Below, one piece after another: positions 13,604 through 26,381 of a stretch of 64,000 nucleotides of DNA. Source of the DNA: Octopus vulgaris (lineage: Eukaryota); contig OX597830.1 in NCBI GenBank assembly GCA_951406725.2, forward strand, positions 15,190,001 to 15,254,000, in the 5' to 3' direction. The number at the start of each line of letters is the position of its first letter. The first letter of the stretch is position 1. The notes beneath the pieces were generated by a model that had not been told where the DNA came from, made no database searches, and worked only from the letters and a program-made list of their open reading frames with translations. The position numbers were made by a program, and so were the translations under genes.

Positions 13604-13912
13604 GGAGGCACAATGGCCCAGTGGTTAGGACAGCGGGCTCGCGGTCGTAGGATCGCAGTTTCGATTCCCAGTCCGGACGTTGTGGGTGTTTATTGAGCGA
13701 AAACACATAAAGCTCCACGAGGATCCAGCAGGGGGTGGTGGCGATTTCTGCTGTACTCTTTCACCACAAATTTCTCTCACTCTTTCTTCTGTTGGCCTGC
13801 TCGCTTAGCCAGCAGGATGGCGTCATTTAGAGGCTAAAACAATGCGAAGTGCATTGTGACCAGCGATGTGTAGCAACATCTGATAGCCTGGTCGGTCACG
13901 TGACGTGACGTG
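13604..13912 (+). mobile_element. SINE family C (tRNA-derived) with (CGTGA)n-ending tail
   Basis: TGGCCCAGTGG A box, GTTTCGATTCC B box; TSD ACAAGCCATAGT / ACAACCCATGGT. Confidence 0.9.
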
Positions 13913-14656
13913 ACAACCCATGGTTTTTATCAATAGCTCTTTAAACCATGTTGTTGTCAGTCCCTTAATGGGCATCGGCCAAAGCAGTTGAAACTTTAGC
14001 AAGGTGACTGTAGTATCAATGAGTGTAGGACAGAGTGAAGCGCCTTCTCATCGTATACGTATACAGACAGACAGCTTCCTAAAGGACGGTTACGGACTGC
14101 TTTCTCTCCTCCTGCCGGCTCATCAGTAATCGTATTGCTTTTTGTAGTTATCCTGGAGGAACACGTTCAAATAAAATGTGTGTAAGTTATATATTACAGT
14201 CAAGCACGTTAGTTGCCTGAAGTTTCTGGCCGTCTGCACCTCCTGGTGTTTAGGTACTTGTATTGAATATACAACAGGCAACCAATCTGATACATGGGGT
14301 TTCATCGTTCAGCGTTCCTCAGAACAAGTTGATGAAGATCTGCCCAGAAGAACGTGAGCTTTTCGCACCAACAATCAATTATTAGGTCTCCCAAGTGATT
14401 TTCTCCTCGATAGCGTTACAACTACCGTCAAAAAGGGACTTCATAGGTTATATATATATTTGTAGGAAAACGTTGACACAGTAATCACTCCGTAGCTCAT
14501 TTACCTACATTCCATCGGCAGCTGTGTTGTTTGTTTACATTGCTAGTCCCACCCCAAAAATATTCAAAATCATTCAGAGGAGGGACTTTTATGACCTTGA
14601 TAGTATAGCCTTTCTGGGTCATCTGTGGAGATAAAAGCCTTATTCATAATAGTTCC

Positions 14657-14713
<57 letters not shown>

Positions 14714-14804
14714 GTGTGTGTGTATGTTATTTTTTATTTGTTTTTACAGCAACATGATAGCACAGAAATTCATTCATATTAGCTCATACATACTGGTTAT
14801 TTGT

Positions 14805-15101
14805 GTGCAATTAGAACGTTGGGCTTACGATCATAAGGTACTGAGTTCGATTCCTGGACCGGACTCTCTGTTGTGTTTTTCTGCAAGACACTTTATTTCA
14901 CGTTGCTCCAGTTCATTCAGCAGGTGCCAAGCTGTATCGGCCCCTTTGCCTTTCCCTTGGACAAAATAGGTGGCGTGGAGAGGAAAGGCTGGTATGCATA
15001 GATGACTGCTGGTCTTCCATAAACAACTTTGCCTGGACTTGTGCCTCGGAGGGTAACATTCTAGTTACAATTCCATGGTTATTCATGACCGAAGGGGTGT
15101 C
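14805..15101 (+). mobile_element. tRNA-derived SINE (family D, CORE-like), diverged
   Basis: GAGTTCGATTCC B box and GCAAGACACTTTATTTCAC CORE-like segment. Confidence 0.65.
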
Positions 15102-15569
15102 TTCAGCGTTTCTTATACTCACTATACATAACTGATATCATTTTATATGCTTCGTATATCTATATCTTATAGACATGTGTGTGTGTGTGTGTTTATGCGC
15201 ATGTATGTATGTAGGTAGGCAGGTACGTCCGAATGAATGTATACATGTATGTGTGTGTGTGTGTATGTGTATGTGTGAGCGTGTAGATAGTTCAAGTGGA
15301 CGTCCTTGGCGACGTGGTTAATGGGTGTTTTCTGTCCATTGGAGCAATCAGTAGTCACGAACTATATAAGTGGTCATGACAAAGGATTAAGTGTCACCTT
15401 GGGGGTGGGGGGCACCCAAGGCATTGCCCATTGTGCCAAGCTCCTGGCAATACATTTGATGGGGGACGTTGAAGTGTCTCTAGTTTTGTTTATAGAATGA
15501 ATTAGTATGAACCCAGAAAGACCCCCCCCTCCGTCGTTAGAATTTACACGTCATCTATGCAGTCTCTAT

Positions 15570-16130
15570 GTATATATGTATGTAAGTATGTAAGTATGTA
15601 TGTATGTATGTATGTATGTATGTATGTATGTATGTATGTATGTATGTATACATGCATGCATGATGCATGTATGTATGTATGTATGTATGTATACATGCAT
15701 GCATGATGCATGTTTGTATGTATGTATGTATGTATGTATGTATGCATGTATGTATGTATATATGTATGTATACATGCATGCATGATGCATGTATGTATGT
15801 ATGTATGTATGTATGTATGTATGTGTGTATGCATGCATGTTTGTATGTATGTATGTATACATGCATGCATGATGCATGTATGTATGTATGTATGTATGTA
15901 TGTATACATGCATGCATGATGCATGTTTGTATGTATGTATGTATGTATGTATGTATGTATGCATGTATGTATGTATATATGTATGTATACATGCATGCAT
16001 GATGCATGTATGTATGTATGTATGTATGTATGTGTGTATGCATGCATGTTTGTATGTATGTATGTATGTATGCATGTATGCATGTATGCATGTATGCATG
16101 TATGTATGTATGTATGTATGTATGCATGTA
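15570..16130. repeat. (TATG)n array with six interspersed TACATGCATGCATGATGCATG units
   Basis: Direct repeats. Confidence 0.95.
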
Positions 16131-16261
16131 TTGTTGTAGTCGTATATGATCCGTATATCTGTTTAACTCTTTCTTCCTTCATCTCTCTCTCTCTCTCTCT
16201 CTCTTTCCCTCTTAATATATATGTGTGTGAGAGTCAATCATATATATATATATATATATAT

Positions 16262-16305
<44 letters not shown>

Positions 16306-16306
<1 letters not shown>

Positions 16307-16475
16307 CGCAGGCGTGGCTGTGTGGTAAAAAGCTTGCTTTCCAACCTCATGGTCCCGAGTCCAGTCCAACTCTGTGGTGTGTGGCATCTTAGGCAATGTC
16401 TTCTACCATAGTTTCAGGCCGACCAAAGCCTTCTTAATGCATTTGGTAGACCAGAACTGAAAGAAGCCCATCGTA
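16306..16475 (+). mobile_element. SINE family A, 5' half
   Basis: Diverged head and body. Confidence 0.8.
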
Positions 16476-16949
16476 TACACACACACACACACACACACAC
16501 AAATATGTATGTATGTTTGTGTGTGTTTGCATATATGTACGTATGTCTGTATGTAAGTATAAAAACCATAAACAACAAGCAATCTTAAGCAATCTTTGGA
16601 TGATTCAGAGTCATACAATCCAGTCCCTTGTCGTAGTTGTTTTATTGTTTAACCCCCAGTTTAGCCATCCGTGAGCAGAGCCATGATCGGTAACACTCCT
16701 ACCGTGATCATCCCATTTATTTTCCTTTCGAAGTATAGTAAAGTGCAAAATGTCGTTCGTCTTCTGATATTCAAACGTGATTTGGGGCAAATATCTGTTT
16801 GTTATATCTAACTGATCATGTAACTAAATAGAAGCTGCACGGCAGATTTTCAGTCATGCTGTGTTAGCTGGTAAAATAAAGATAAGGGTTCAGTCCTTGA
16901 CCAAGCCCCGCGCTTCCAAATTTTCACTTTGTACCTTCTCAATAAACTC

Positions 16950-17745
16950 TCTCTTCTCCACCTCCGCCTCCTCCTCCTCCTCCTCTCTCTTCCTGTTGAC
17001 CTTCACCCTCTTCCAGACCCTCCTTCTATCCATTTCCTTCAGTTTTCCTTCTCTTCTTCCAAATCTCTCTTCTTTTTTTTGTTTTCTCTTCCTCCATCTT
17101 TCTTGCTTCCTCTTTCAGCTTTAATCTTTCTACAAATCTTTCTTACTTTTTCTCCCTCTCTGCCCTCTTCCCGTTTCCTTCTTTCTCTCTCTCTCTCTCT
17201 TTCTCTCCCTCTCAGTCCTTTTCCCTTTTCCTTCTCGCTCTCTCTCTCTCTTTCTCTCCCTTTATTCCCTTTTCCTTCTCTCTCTCTCTCTTTCTCTCCC
17301 TCTCTGCCCTTTTCCCTTTTCCTTCTCTCTCTCTCTCTCTCTTTCTCTCCCTCTCCCCCTCCCTCTCTCTCACTGTTTCTCTCAATGTGTCTTTTTCTCT
17401 CTCTCTCTCTCTCGCCCGCTCTCTCTTTCTCCTTCTCCTTCCCTCTTTCTTTTTCTTACTATATTTCTCTCTTCCCTTTCATCCCTTTCTCTCTCTCTCT
17501 CTCTCTTTTCCGCTCATTCTGTCTGACTCTCTTTTTCTCTTTCTCTTTTGTCTTTCTTTTTGCCTTCTTTTTTTTCTTGTTTCTCCTGTTATTTTTCTCT
17601 CTCCCCCTTCATCCTTATCTCTCCCTCTATCTCTTCCCCTCTCTCTCTCTCTCTCATACTGCCTGCCTATCTGTCTATCTGTCTATCTACATCTCTCACT
17701 CTCTTTCTCTCTCTCTACCTCTCTCTCTCTCTCTCTCCCTCTTCA
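16950..17745. repeat. Polypyrimidine (CT-rich) tract with an imperfect ~50-bp internal periodicity
   Basis: Almost only C/T on the plus strand; TCTTTCTCTCCC...TTCCCTTTTCCTT recurs between 17140 and 17360. Confidence 0.9.
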
Positions 17746-18419
17746 AAGCAATAAGCAATCTCTCATTCTATCATTCCGTATTTCTTTCCTTATTGACTCT
17801 CAAATTTTTTATATACTCTTTGAAAATTTTCTGTGAGCTATAGTCATTATTCGGACAATAAAAGAGTTCTCATGTTTAATTTTTAGCTTTCTCACATAGT
17901 GTTTGCTTAACATAAAAGTTTACATTTTTTTTCTTTATACGTTTTTGTAATTTTTGTTCTTACCATTTGTTTTGTAACGTTTTCTGAAATTTGTTTCTAA
18001 AATTTTTATTCCAAAAATTTCCAGCTTCCATTTGACGAAGATTTTGAACAATAATCTCGGTGCTAAATTTTGTCAAGAAATTAAAATGGAAGGTGTTTGA
18101 AGAGAAAGAGGAGAGACAGAGACAGAAACAGAGAGTGAGAGCGCCAAAGAGACAGAAAGGCAGAGAGAGAAAGAGAGAACGGGGGGGATAAAAAAACAGG
18201 TGAGAGAAATCGAGATGAACAGAAGACTAATAAGTTCTTTTTCTCGCTTTTCTCAATTCTTCTCATAAGTATCGTTTCTCACACTCTCTCATTTTCTTTC
18301 TCTTCCGGTCCACCTCCCATCTCATTTCCTGTGTTTCTTATAAAATACATACATACATACATACACACACATAGACACACACATATGTGAATATGTGTGT
18401 GTGTGTTGTGTGACTATGT

Positions 18420-18524
18420 ATGTGTATTCATGTATGCATGTATGTATATATATACATATATATATATGTATATATATATATGTATATATATATATGTATA
18501 TATATATGTATATATATGTGTGTG

Positions 18525-18611
<87 letters not shown>

Positions 18612-18622
18612 GTATGTATATA
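18420..18622. repeat. (TA)n/TATG microsatellite
   Basis: Direct repeat. Confidence 0.95.
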
Positions 18623-18812
18623 TGGGTGTACGCGTGTGTATTATTTTTCCCATTCTCACCCTATGCCTACCTATCTATCTGTCTATATCCGTGCCCCTCC
18701 CCTCTGACTCTACTTAGCCGACCTATAAGCTAGTTAAAGAGATCTTGTCTCTTGTGTCCACACCACACATAGGCACACTCCTTCTCACCCCCTATCCACC
18801 ACACCACCCTAC

Positions 18813-18846
<34 letters not shown>

Positions 18847-19479
18847 TTCTCTTTCTCTCCCCCCTCCCTCTATCTCTCTTTTCCTATCTCTTCCTTCCCC
18901 CCCCCCACCTCCTTCTCAAGTATGTTCTATAACGATACAACAGCGAATATATGAAATTTCGCCTTTCACAGAAATCACGCACTTTGTCGTCCGTAAAGAA
19001 AACTAGATTGTGAAAAAAAAAAAAACAGTATTTTCAATATTTTAAGAAAAAATGCGTTTGTTAAGAATCGTGATAAGAGAACGTGGATAGAAATTGGAGG
19101 GGGGTGTTTTTATATTTTTTTTTACTTTTTTGTTGTGAATTAAAAAAAATATGAATTTTTAAAAAGAAAATTAGAAATGATCAATCCAGTGGTAGAAAAT
19201 TGAAATCTAAAGAAAATGGGAGTTTTGCTCAGTGCTTCAAATCTCTTTGTTCTTAAATTCCAAACATCAAAGGATTTGAACATTGATTTTGACAGAAAAA
19301 AAAAACATTCATCATTTATGAATCGTGGAAAATAGACAGATTTAAAATAAAATTTGAAAAAAATTATCTGAAAGTGAAAGAGTGTAGGGGTGGATATATA
19401 TGTGAGGGTGTGTGTGTGAAATAGAAGAAAAAATAGCATACATATACAATGGGTAAAAATTTTGAAATATAGTAAATAT

Positions 19480-19988
19480 ATAGCAGAGCTGGGGGGGCTG
19501 GGAGGTGGAGATGAGAGTGGTAGGAAGAGAAACAATAAGGAATAGATAAAATGAGAGAGAGTGAGAGAGGAAGGAAAGAGAAGCAGGGGAGAGAGAGAGA
19601 AAGGGAGAGTGAGAGAACGAGTGGTAAGAAAACTTATAAAGACAAAAGAGGAAATATGATAAAAGATAAAATATGGTAAGAATTAATAGTGTGAGGGTGG
19701 GGGGTAGAGGCTGTGTGGAGAGGAAGGAGGGAGGGAGGCTGTGTGGAGAGGAAGGAGGAAATATAAAGAAGAGAAACGGAGAAAATGATCGGAAAGTAAT
19801 ATTGATCAGTTCTTTGGGGGGGAAAGATAAGTGACAAAGAATTAGTGGCGGTGACGGTGGTGGTGGTGACGGTGGTGGTGGGGGGAGGGGGAGGAGGATA
19901 GGGGAGAGCGTGAGGGGGAAGGGTAGAGGACATGGGATCATGTGGGGGAGGAGGCGGAAGATTAGACTTTATTGAGATGACAGTGAAA

Positions 19989-20019
<31 letters not shown>

Positions 20020-20190
20020 TAGTGTGAGAAGAAATAAAACATCGAAAGTGATATAGGAAGACAAAAGAGGAGGGGGTAGAGGAAGGAATGGTAGAGTGGG
20101 GGGGGGAGAAAGAAAGACGAAGAAGAAGAATAAGAGAGAAAGAAATGAGAGGGGGTGGGGAATAAGGGCATGGCTGAGAAAAAAAAAATA
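19480..20190. repeat. Polypurine G/A-rich low-complexity tract with G-runs
   Basis: Purine-biased plus strand; five G-runs between 19880 and 19923. Confidence 0.8.
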
Positions 20191-20407
20191 CAGACATAGT
20201 GTATATGGTGAGTGTGAGGTCAGTAGAGAGTACCCCCTATATTTCATGTCTTCTGTTTTAAGTATGCGCTTGTTTGTTGTACTTATAAATATATTGATGT
20301 GTGTGTGTGTGTGTGTGTGTATGAATGTATGTGTGAGAGAGTATGAGCTTCAGTGTTGGTTATGTGTGTGTTTTGGATGTTGTGACTGGGTGCTTTGTTA
20401 ATTTAAG

Positions 20408-20438
<31 letters not shown>

Positions 20439-21026
20439 TGTATGTATGCATGCATGTATGTTTGCGTGTATGTATGTATGCATGCATATGAATAAATGAG
20501 AGTCTTTGTGTGTGTATGTATATTTTTGTGTGTGGCGAATATGTTCTTTTAAAGTACATTTGTGTGAGAAAGAGAGAGGGGGGAGAAAGAGAGGGAGGGA
20601 GAGAGAGAGAAAACGGGGGAGAGAGAGAAAAAGAGGCGAGAGAGAGAGAAAGAAGGGGAGAGAGAGTTTGTGTGTCAGCGTTTGTGTATGGATGCTTGTC
20701 GGTGTATGGATGGACATTAGCTGTATGGTGTGACAGTGTGGTAAAAAGTTAGCTTCCCAAATACATGGTTCTGGGTTCAGTCTCACTGTTTGGCACCTTG
20801 GGCAAGTGTCATTTACTGATCCCTTCTCAGCTACCCTTTCTGAGTCCAAAAGTAGTCAGGTAAGATATTGTATACGAAGCATCATGCACTACCATAACCG
20901 AGCCTCACACAATCCCCTAAATTCTTTATTTCTTGGGACCTTCGTTTGATATGTTGCCCTCTAAGTTACCCACCCAAGGCAGCCTCAACTCAACAAGTAA
21001 GACTTACTCTTTTGTCAAGTCAAGAC

Positions 21027-21066
<40 letters not shown>

Positions 21067-21749
21067 AGCATACTTAATTACTTAATACCTTCCAGATCCT
21101 CATTTTTCCAGTGACCTAAACTACTGTCACGCAATTTGACTTGGATAGTCACCTCGCTGTGGTAAACTGTAAACCCGTATCTTTACGGATAGAATAATTC
21201 CAAATTTAGTATCTACTCCATTGACCGGATTTAGGAATCGTCGGACGAATGTAGCTTTGAGATGACTATCTTATTACATCGTTAACGCATTTTAGTCTCT
21301 TCCTTGTTTTTACCTCAATAAAGATGCATGTCATGTGGACAGCCTTTCGTAGAAAGTATTTCTACATCTGTTTCTCAATGATATCTCTTGTATAGATCAT
21401 AAATAATCCTAAAGTTTTCAACGCGAAGGTTGTGATCGGGAAAATATGGGCGATGTTCAATTCAACTTTGAATCGTTGGTTGATATTCCTCCTGTTAAAA
21501 ATATCAAAACGGTCTCTCCATTACTGTAGATGCTCGCATCACCTGTTCTTTCTTCTTTTGTTTTTTGTTTTTGTTTTTTTGTTTTTTTCAGGCCCTCTTA
21601 TCTCCCTATAACAATAGATTGCTTACAACACAATATCAGAATTATCTTGCACTTTTTTTAACCTATTCATTTTTTTCTTTTTCACCTATGTTCCGCAGGG
21701 TTCGTCTGTTTAGTGTATGTTTTCATTTTGCTAAAGACTAAGCATATTA

Positions 21750-22450
21750 TGATTTTGTTATCGGATTATCTAAAAACCTATAGCTAGGGCATCAGTTAGT
21801 GCCAGACAGACTTTTCTCTAACTCTTTTAGTTCACTCACAAGATAAACAGTAGTCCTTGTTTCAGACACAGGTGTACTTCAAGATAATGTGTCAGTTGAC
21901 CATTCATGCCTTCGGTACGCACGCTATTGTCATATAGTGCCTGTATAATTCGACTGAGATTGTGCTCATAACTCTTACTTTTATCATTTCCTATGCGGCC
22001 TTCCTGCACATCAGATCTAAAACATCTTTAAAGTTGAAATTGAAATGTAAACACACTTGACTATTTTCTGCTCTTTTCAATTGCATGTCTATCAACGAAA
22101 ACGGTGCCAACCGTCTAAAACAGCTAACTTCCATCGCGTCTTCGGTCTTACTGGTCTTTCTGTCGGGAAGGATTTTACTGAACACTTTACTCAGTATTGC
22201 AAGAATATTATATCCATTATAATTACACTCCGCCTAATTTTAGTATTTCAACTCTGCTACAACTATTATGTACCGGGAGCTGTTGAATAAGGCTCATGTT
22301 GCCTGTCTTTTCAACGAGTGGTTGAATAGGGTATATGCTATTGCGAGCCAATTTATTGCACAATTCTGTCGTTAAGTTCTCACCCGTTCCATTCCACAAG
22401 GCCATAATTTACTGTAACCTCTGGCCAGTACATTTTCCATTGGTCTTCTA
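21750..22450 (-). mobile_element. Heavily decayed LINE reverse transcriptase (RTE/CR1-like)
   Basis: Minus-strand remnants NGKCTG, TELCNK, PLVEKTGNMSL, FNFKDVLD (cf. FIDFKKAFD), ALYDNS..NG and LKQG in RT order; may extend toward ~24700. Confidence 0.5.
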
Positions 22451-22457
22451 CTTTTTT

Positions 22458-22686
22458 TTCTTTATTGCCCACAAGGGGCTAAACATGGAGGGGACAAACA
22501 ACAATAGACAAACGGATTAAGTCGATTACATCGACCCCAGTGCGTAACTGGTACTTAATTTATCGAGCCCGAAAGGATGAAAGGCAAAGACGACCTCGGC
22601 GGAATTTTGAACTCAGAACATAGCAGCAGACGAGATACCGCTAAGCATTTCGCCCGGCATGCTAACGGTTCTGCCCGCTCGCCGCG
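22458..22686 (-). mobile_element. SINE family B (tail type 1)
   Basis: Matches other B copies. Confidence 0.92.
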
Positions 22687-22703
22687 TTAAAAAGGGAGAA
22701 AGA

Positions 22704-22822
22704 CGTTTACAGCACCTAGGTTTCCCAAGCGGTCATCCATTTAAGTACTAACTAGGCTCGACTTTGCTTAACTTCGGTGATCGGACGAGAACCGGTGTTT
22801 TCAAAGTGATATGGCCGTAAGA
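22704..22822 (-). rRNA. 5S rRNA copy, full length, probably a pseudogene
   Basis: Minus strand reads TCTTACGGCCATATCACTTTGAAAACACCGGTTCTCGTCCGATCACCGAAGTTAAGCAAAGTCGAGCCTAGTTAGTACTTAAATGGATGACCGCTTGGGAAACCTAGGTGCTGTAAAC, a metazoan 5S. Box C is altered (AAATGGA for GGATGGG) and helix I has terminal mismatches. Confidence 0.9.
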
Positions 22823-23630
22823 GCTAAAATATCCAATGATCATGTAAGAATTGTTTCATGGTAACAGATTTATTTTTCTTTGTGGATCATCAAACAAGTC
22901 ATATGACATTTTGTCGTTGTAACTTGTGTCTGGGAAATATATTTGGAGAATGCTTACCATTCTATCTTCTGTAGCGAAAGAGACATTCATTAATATCTTT
23001 AAGTCATAGAATTCGACGCTTATTTTTTAAGAATTATTTCTCTGTTATCACATCTGCTTCTCTTTTAGTGTTACCTTCTTCTCCATGGGTGGATGATAAC
23101 AGACGTTCCACTTCTAATTCTTGCTGTATCCCAATCATTAAACTATTGTATAATTATTTTTAGTCTTCTGCAGGCATGGTAGGATGGTTGGCAATTTTGA
23201 TTTGCAGTCATGAGATCCAAGGTTCGACTTCACTATACGGAACTCTGAGCAAATGTCTTTACCATAGCTTCGAGTCAGCCCAAAAGGTATGAATGAAGTA
23301 GCATATATGGAAACTTGGTGGAAGACCATCGGATGGTCTGTACTTGTAATTCAGAGATCCATTCTTGCCACACATTCTTTACTGAGTCTTACAACCGACT
23401 GTAAAATTCTCACACATTTAGACTACAAAACAAAGAGTGCAACTGGAATATTCATTAAGAAATCACTGCAAGATCTATAAATAGAAATGATGAATTCATT
23501 TGTTTATTTGTGCGTGTCAAGGTGAACCAAGACAGTATACTTCACAAAGTCGGTTTTTATTTATTTACTGTCACCTGCATCTCAGGTTACTTAAACTTTA
23601 TTCGTATACATAGGCGTTAAAAAAGAAAAA

Positions 23631-23848
23631 GGCGACGAGCTGGCAGAGTCGTTGGCACGCCGGGCAAAATGCTTAGCGACATTTCGTCCGTCTTTATGTT
23701 CTGAATTCAAATTCCGTCGAGATTGACTTTGCCTTTCATCCTTTCGGGGTCGATAAAATAAGTACCAGCTGATTACTGCTGTCGATGTAATCGGCTTTTC
23801 CCACCCACCCCCGAACTTTCTGGCCTTCTCCCAACATTTGTAACCAAT
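23631..23848 (+). mobile_element. SINE family B (tail type 2)
   Basis: B head and body with the alternative CCCC..TGGCCTT..AAACC-like tail. Confidence 0.88.
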
Positions 23849-24272
23849 AGATATATTAAAGATGATAACTGCCCATATTTAATTATACATTTTCAGGAAC
23901 GATTTATTCTGAAGATGTATGATCGATATGTGAGTCATACTTACTTACACAGCGCTTATTTCCTTTGCCTTAATACCTCTCAAGCAAGTCTGAGTGGTAG
24001 TCATGCATTTTTCTATTCTTCATTTTGTGATGCACCTGAACACATCCTTAGTAATGTTATTTGGTGTATTTCGCATCTTTCAACAATCAGACACCCTTAG
24101 TTTTAGCAACACATCTAGGGTTGATAAGCTCCATGTTACGTCTAGTTAGCACTATCTCCGGTAATGCTAACCATCCTGGGTTCACAAGTTCTGATCCAAT
24201 CCACAGCCACGTCGAAACAACGTCTGTTGTCTCCGTAAGCAATTTATTGACATCCTTCTGTAATTTTTACAC

Positions 24273-24311
<39 letters not shown>

Positions 24312-24784
24312 CGCTCACACACGCACACACGCACACACATACACACACACACACACACACACAGAGTACGCTCATTAAACCAGTGTGATCCTAAGCTCAA
24401 ATTCACGGCCTGCACGTCGTGAGTGATGAACATACAGAATGAACTGGACATGAGCAATCCAATCCAATCCAATCAGGAAGAGAAAAGACAGATCACGTGG
24501 CTCTTTTCAGGACTTCCGGAACTACTGGAAGGAAGTGAATAAATTGTCCTTAGACTTGAGACTCAATGCTTGCGATAGTGTGGATTCGCGCTATATGCAC
24601 TGAATTGATAGATGTGGCCTTAAACTGAAGAACAATGTAGTCCGACATGTAAGATCTCTGGATAAAAGACAGGATGGTTGTGACTGGAAAACTTTTGATC
24701 AAAATCCCATCTTCTTCAGCTGAGATGGGGTTAACCAAGCAACAACAATGATAAAATATTTCTTTTCAATTAATATTGAACTAA

Positions 24785-25367
24785 GGTGGTGAGATGGCAG
24801 AATCGTTAGAGGAAATGCTTGGCGACATTTTGTCTGTCCTTACATTCTAAGTTCAAATTCTGCTGAGATCAATTTTAGGCGCAGACGTGACTGTTTGGTA
24901 AGGAGCTTGCTTCCCATCGACCGTGGTTCCGGGTTCAGTCCTACTGACTGGCAACTCGGGCAAGTGTCATCTGCTGAAGCCTCGGGAGGACCAAAGCGTT
25001 GTTAACAGATTTGGTAAACGGAAACTGAAAGAAGCTTGTATTATATATGCGTGTGTGTCTGCGATGTCCCTCACAATCGCTTGACAACTCGTGTTGGTGT
25101 GCTTCCATTCCCGTAATCTATCAGTTCGGCAAAAGACACCGATAGAATAAGTACCAGGCTTGAAAAAATAAATAAATCGATTTATTCGATCAAAAATTCT
25201 TCAAGACGGTGCCGCAGTGTTTCACTGGTACTTAAATTATCGATCCCGAAAAGATGAAGGGCAAAGTCGAAATCGGTGGAATTTGAACTCAGGGTGTGAA
25301 GACTGACGAAAAGCCGCAAAGCATTTCATCCGGCGTGCTAACGATTCTGCCAGCTTGCCGGGCTATA

Positions 25368-25439
<72 letters not shown>

Positions 25440-25597
25440 CTTTTCTACTATAGGCACAAAGCCCGAAATTTTTTGAGGAGGGGGCCAGTCGATTAGATCG
25501 ACCCCAGTACGCAACGGAATTTGAACTCGGAACGTAAAGATAAGCAAAATACCGCTAAGCATTTCACCCGGCGTTCTACCGATTCTGCCAGCTCGCC
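24785..25597. mobile_element. Cluster of SINE-B fragments (both strands) around a SINE-A copy (24878-25215, +)
   Basis: Recognisable heads and bodies separated by (AAT)n. Confidence 0.8.
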
Positions 25598-25613
25598 ATA
25601 TAATAATAATAAC

Positions 25614-25703
<90 letters not shown>
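25366..25703. repeat. Two (AAT)n tracts
   Basis: Direct repeats at 25366-25437 and 25599-25703. Confidence 0.95.
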
Positions 25704-26006
25704 GATTCCCGTTTTAAATTTGTTTTTGTTTGTTTTTTTTGTACTAAATATTTGATTATATTAATAATAATTTATTGACAAAACAGTGTCTCTGTGAACT
25801 TTTGGGGTTGATAAAAATGCAAACAATGGCGGCATTATAGCACTGGTTTCCTTCCTGTACGTGAGGGAGCAGCAGGCTACTTTAACCCCAGACATTTCAG
25901 GTCGAGTACTTACACTTCCGCCACTCCTGAAGCACAATACCTCACTCCCCCCACACCTCTCACATTCCCTCTACTTCTCTTTCTCTCTCTCTACGCACGT
26001 TTATAA

Positions 26007-26104
<98 letters not shown>

Positions 26105-26336
26105 TATATACATACCTACATACATATGTATATATACATGCATGTATGGGCACAGGACATCAAAAACACGTTGTACACAATGAGAAACGAAAACATAAAC
26201 GCAAAAACGTGAAGTCGATTTTTTTTTTTTTTTTGAGCAACGAAAAAAACATAGAAACGAGACATGCATCATAAAGAATATTCCCCTTCATCAGTTGTCC
26301 CTGTTTCATCTACTCGCGTTTATATATACATACATA

Positions 26337-26381
<45 letters not shown>

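Larger units (their letters stand above)
10950..14420 (-). mobile_element. Decayed R4/Dong-like non-LTR retrotransposon ORF (RT, CCHC knuckle, restriction-like endonuclease), interrupted by five younger insertions
   Basis: Minus-strand remnants in the expected order: ARNFRQLTCL (cf. NYRPITCL) ~14200; YVMLLFLVVNPL ~13520; FDDIKL and SDKC ~13430-13355; KIKVKNKNGGR (cf. RLY.R..GGRGL) ~12820; FAIQGQ*IASKYLINKR ~11550; CDRKSRLC..ED ~11480; NRPAIVIWDRK..EV (cf. RPDIV..D) ~11240. Many stops and frameshifts. Confidence 0.8.

Noticed and set aside
13604-13680. tRNA gene candidates in SINE heads (also 5725, 54198, 55960)
   Set aside because: A and B boxes are present, but there is no proper acceptor stem and each continues into a SINE body.
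16929-17843. 304-aa S/L/F-rich ORF
   Set aside because: Product of the CT low-complexity tract.
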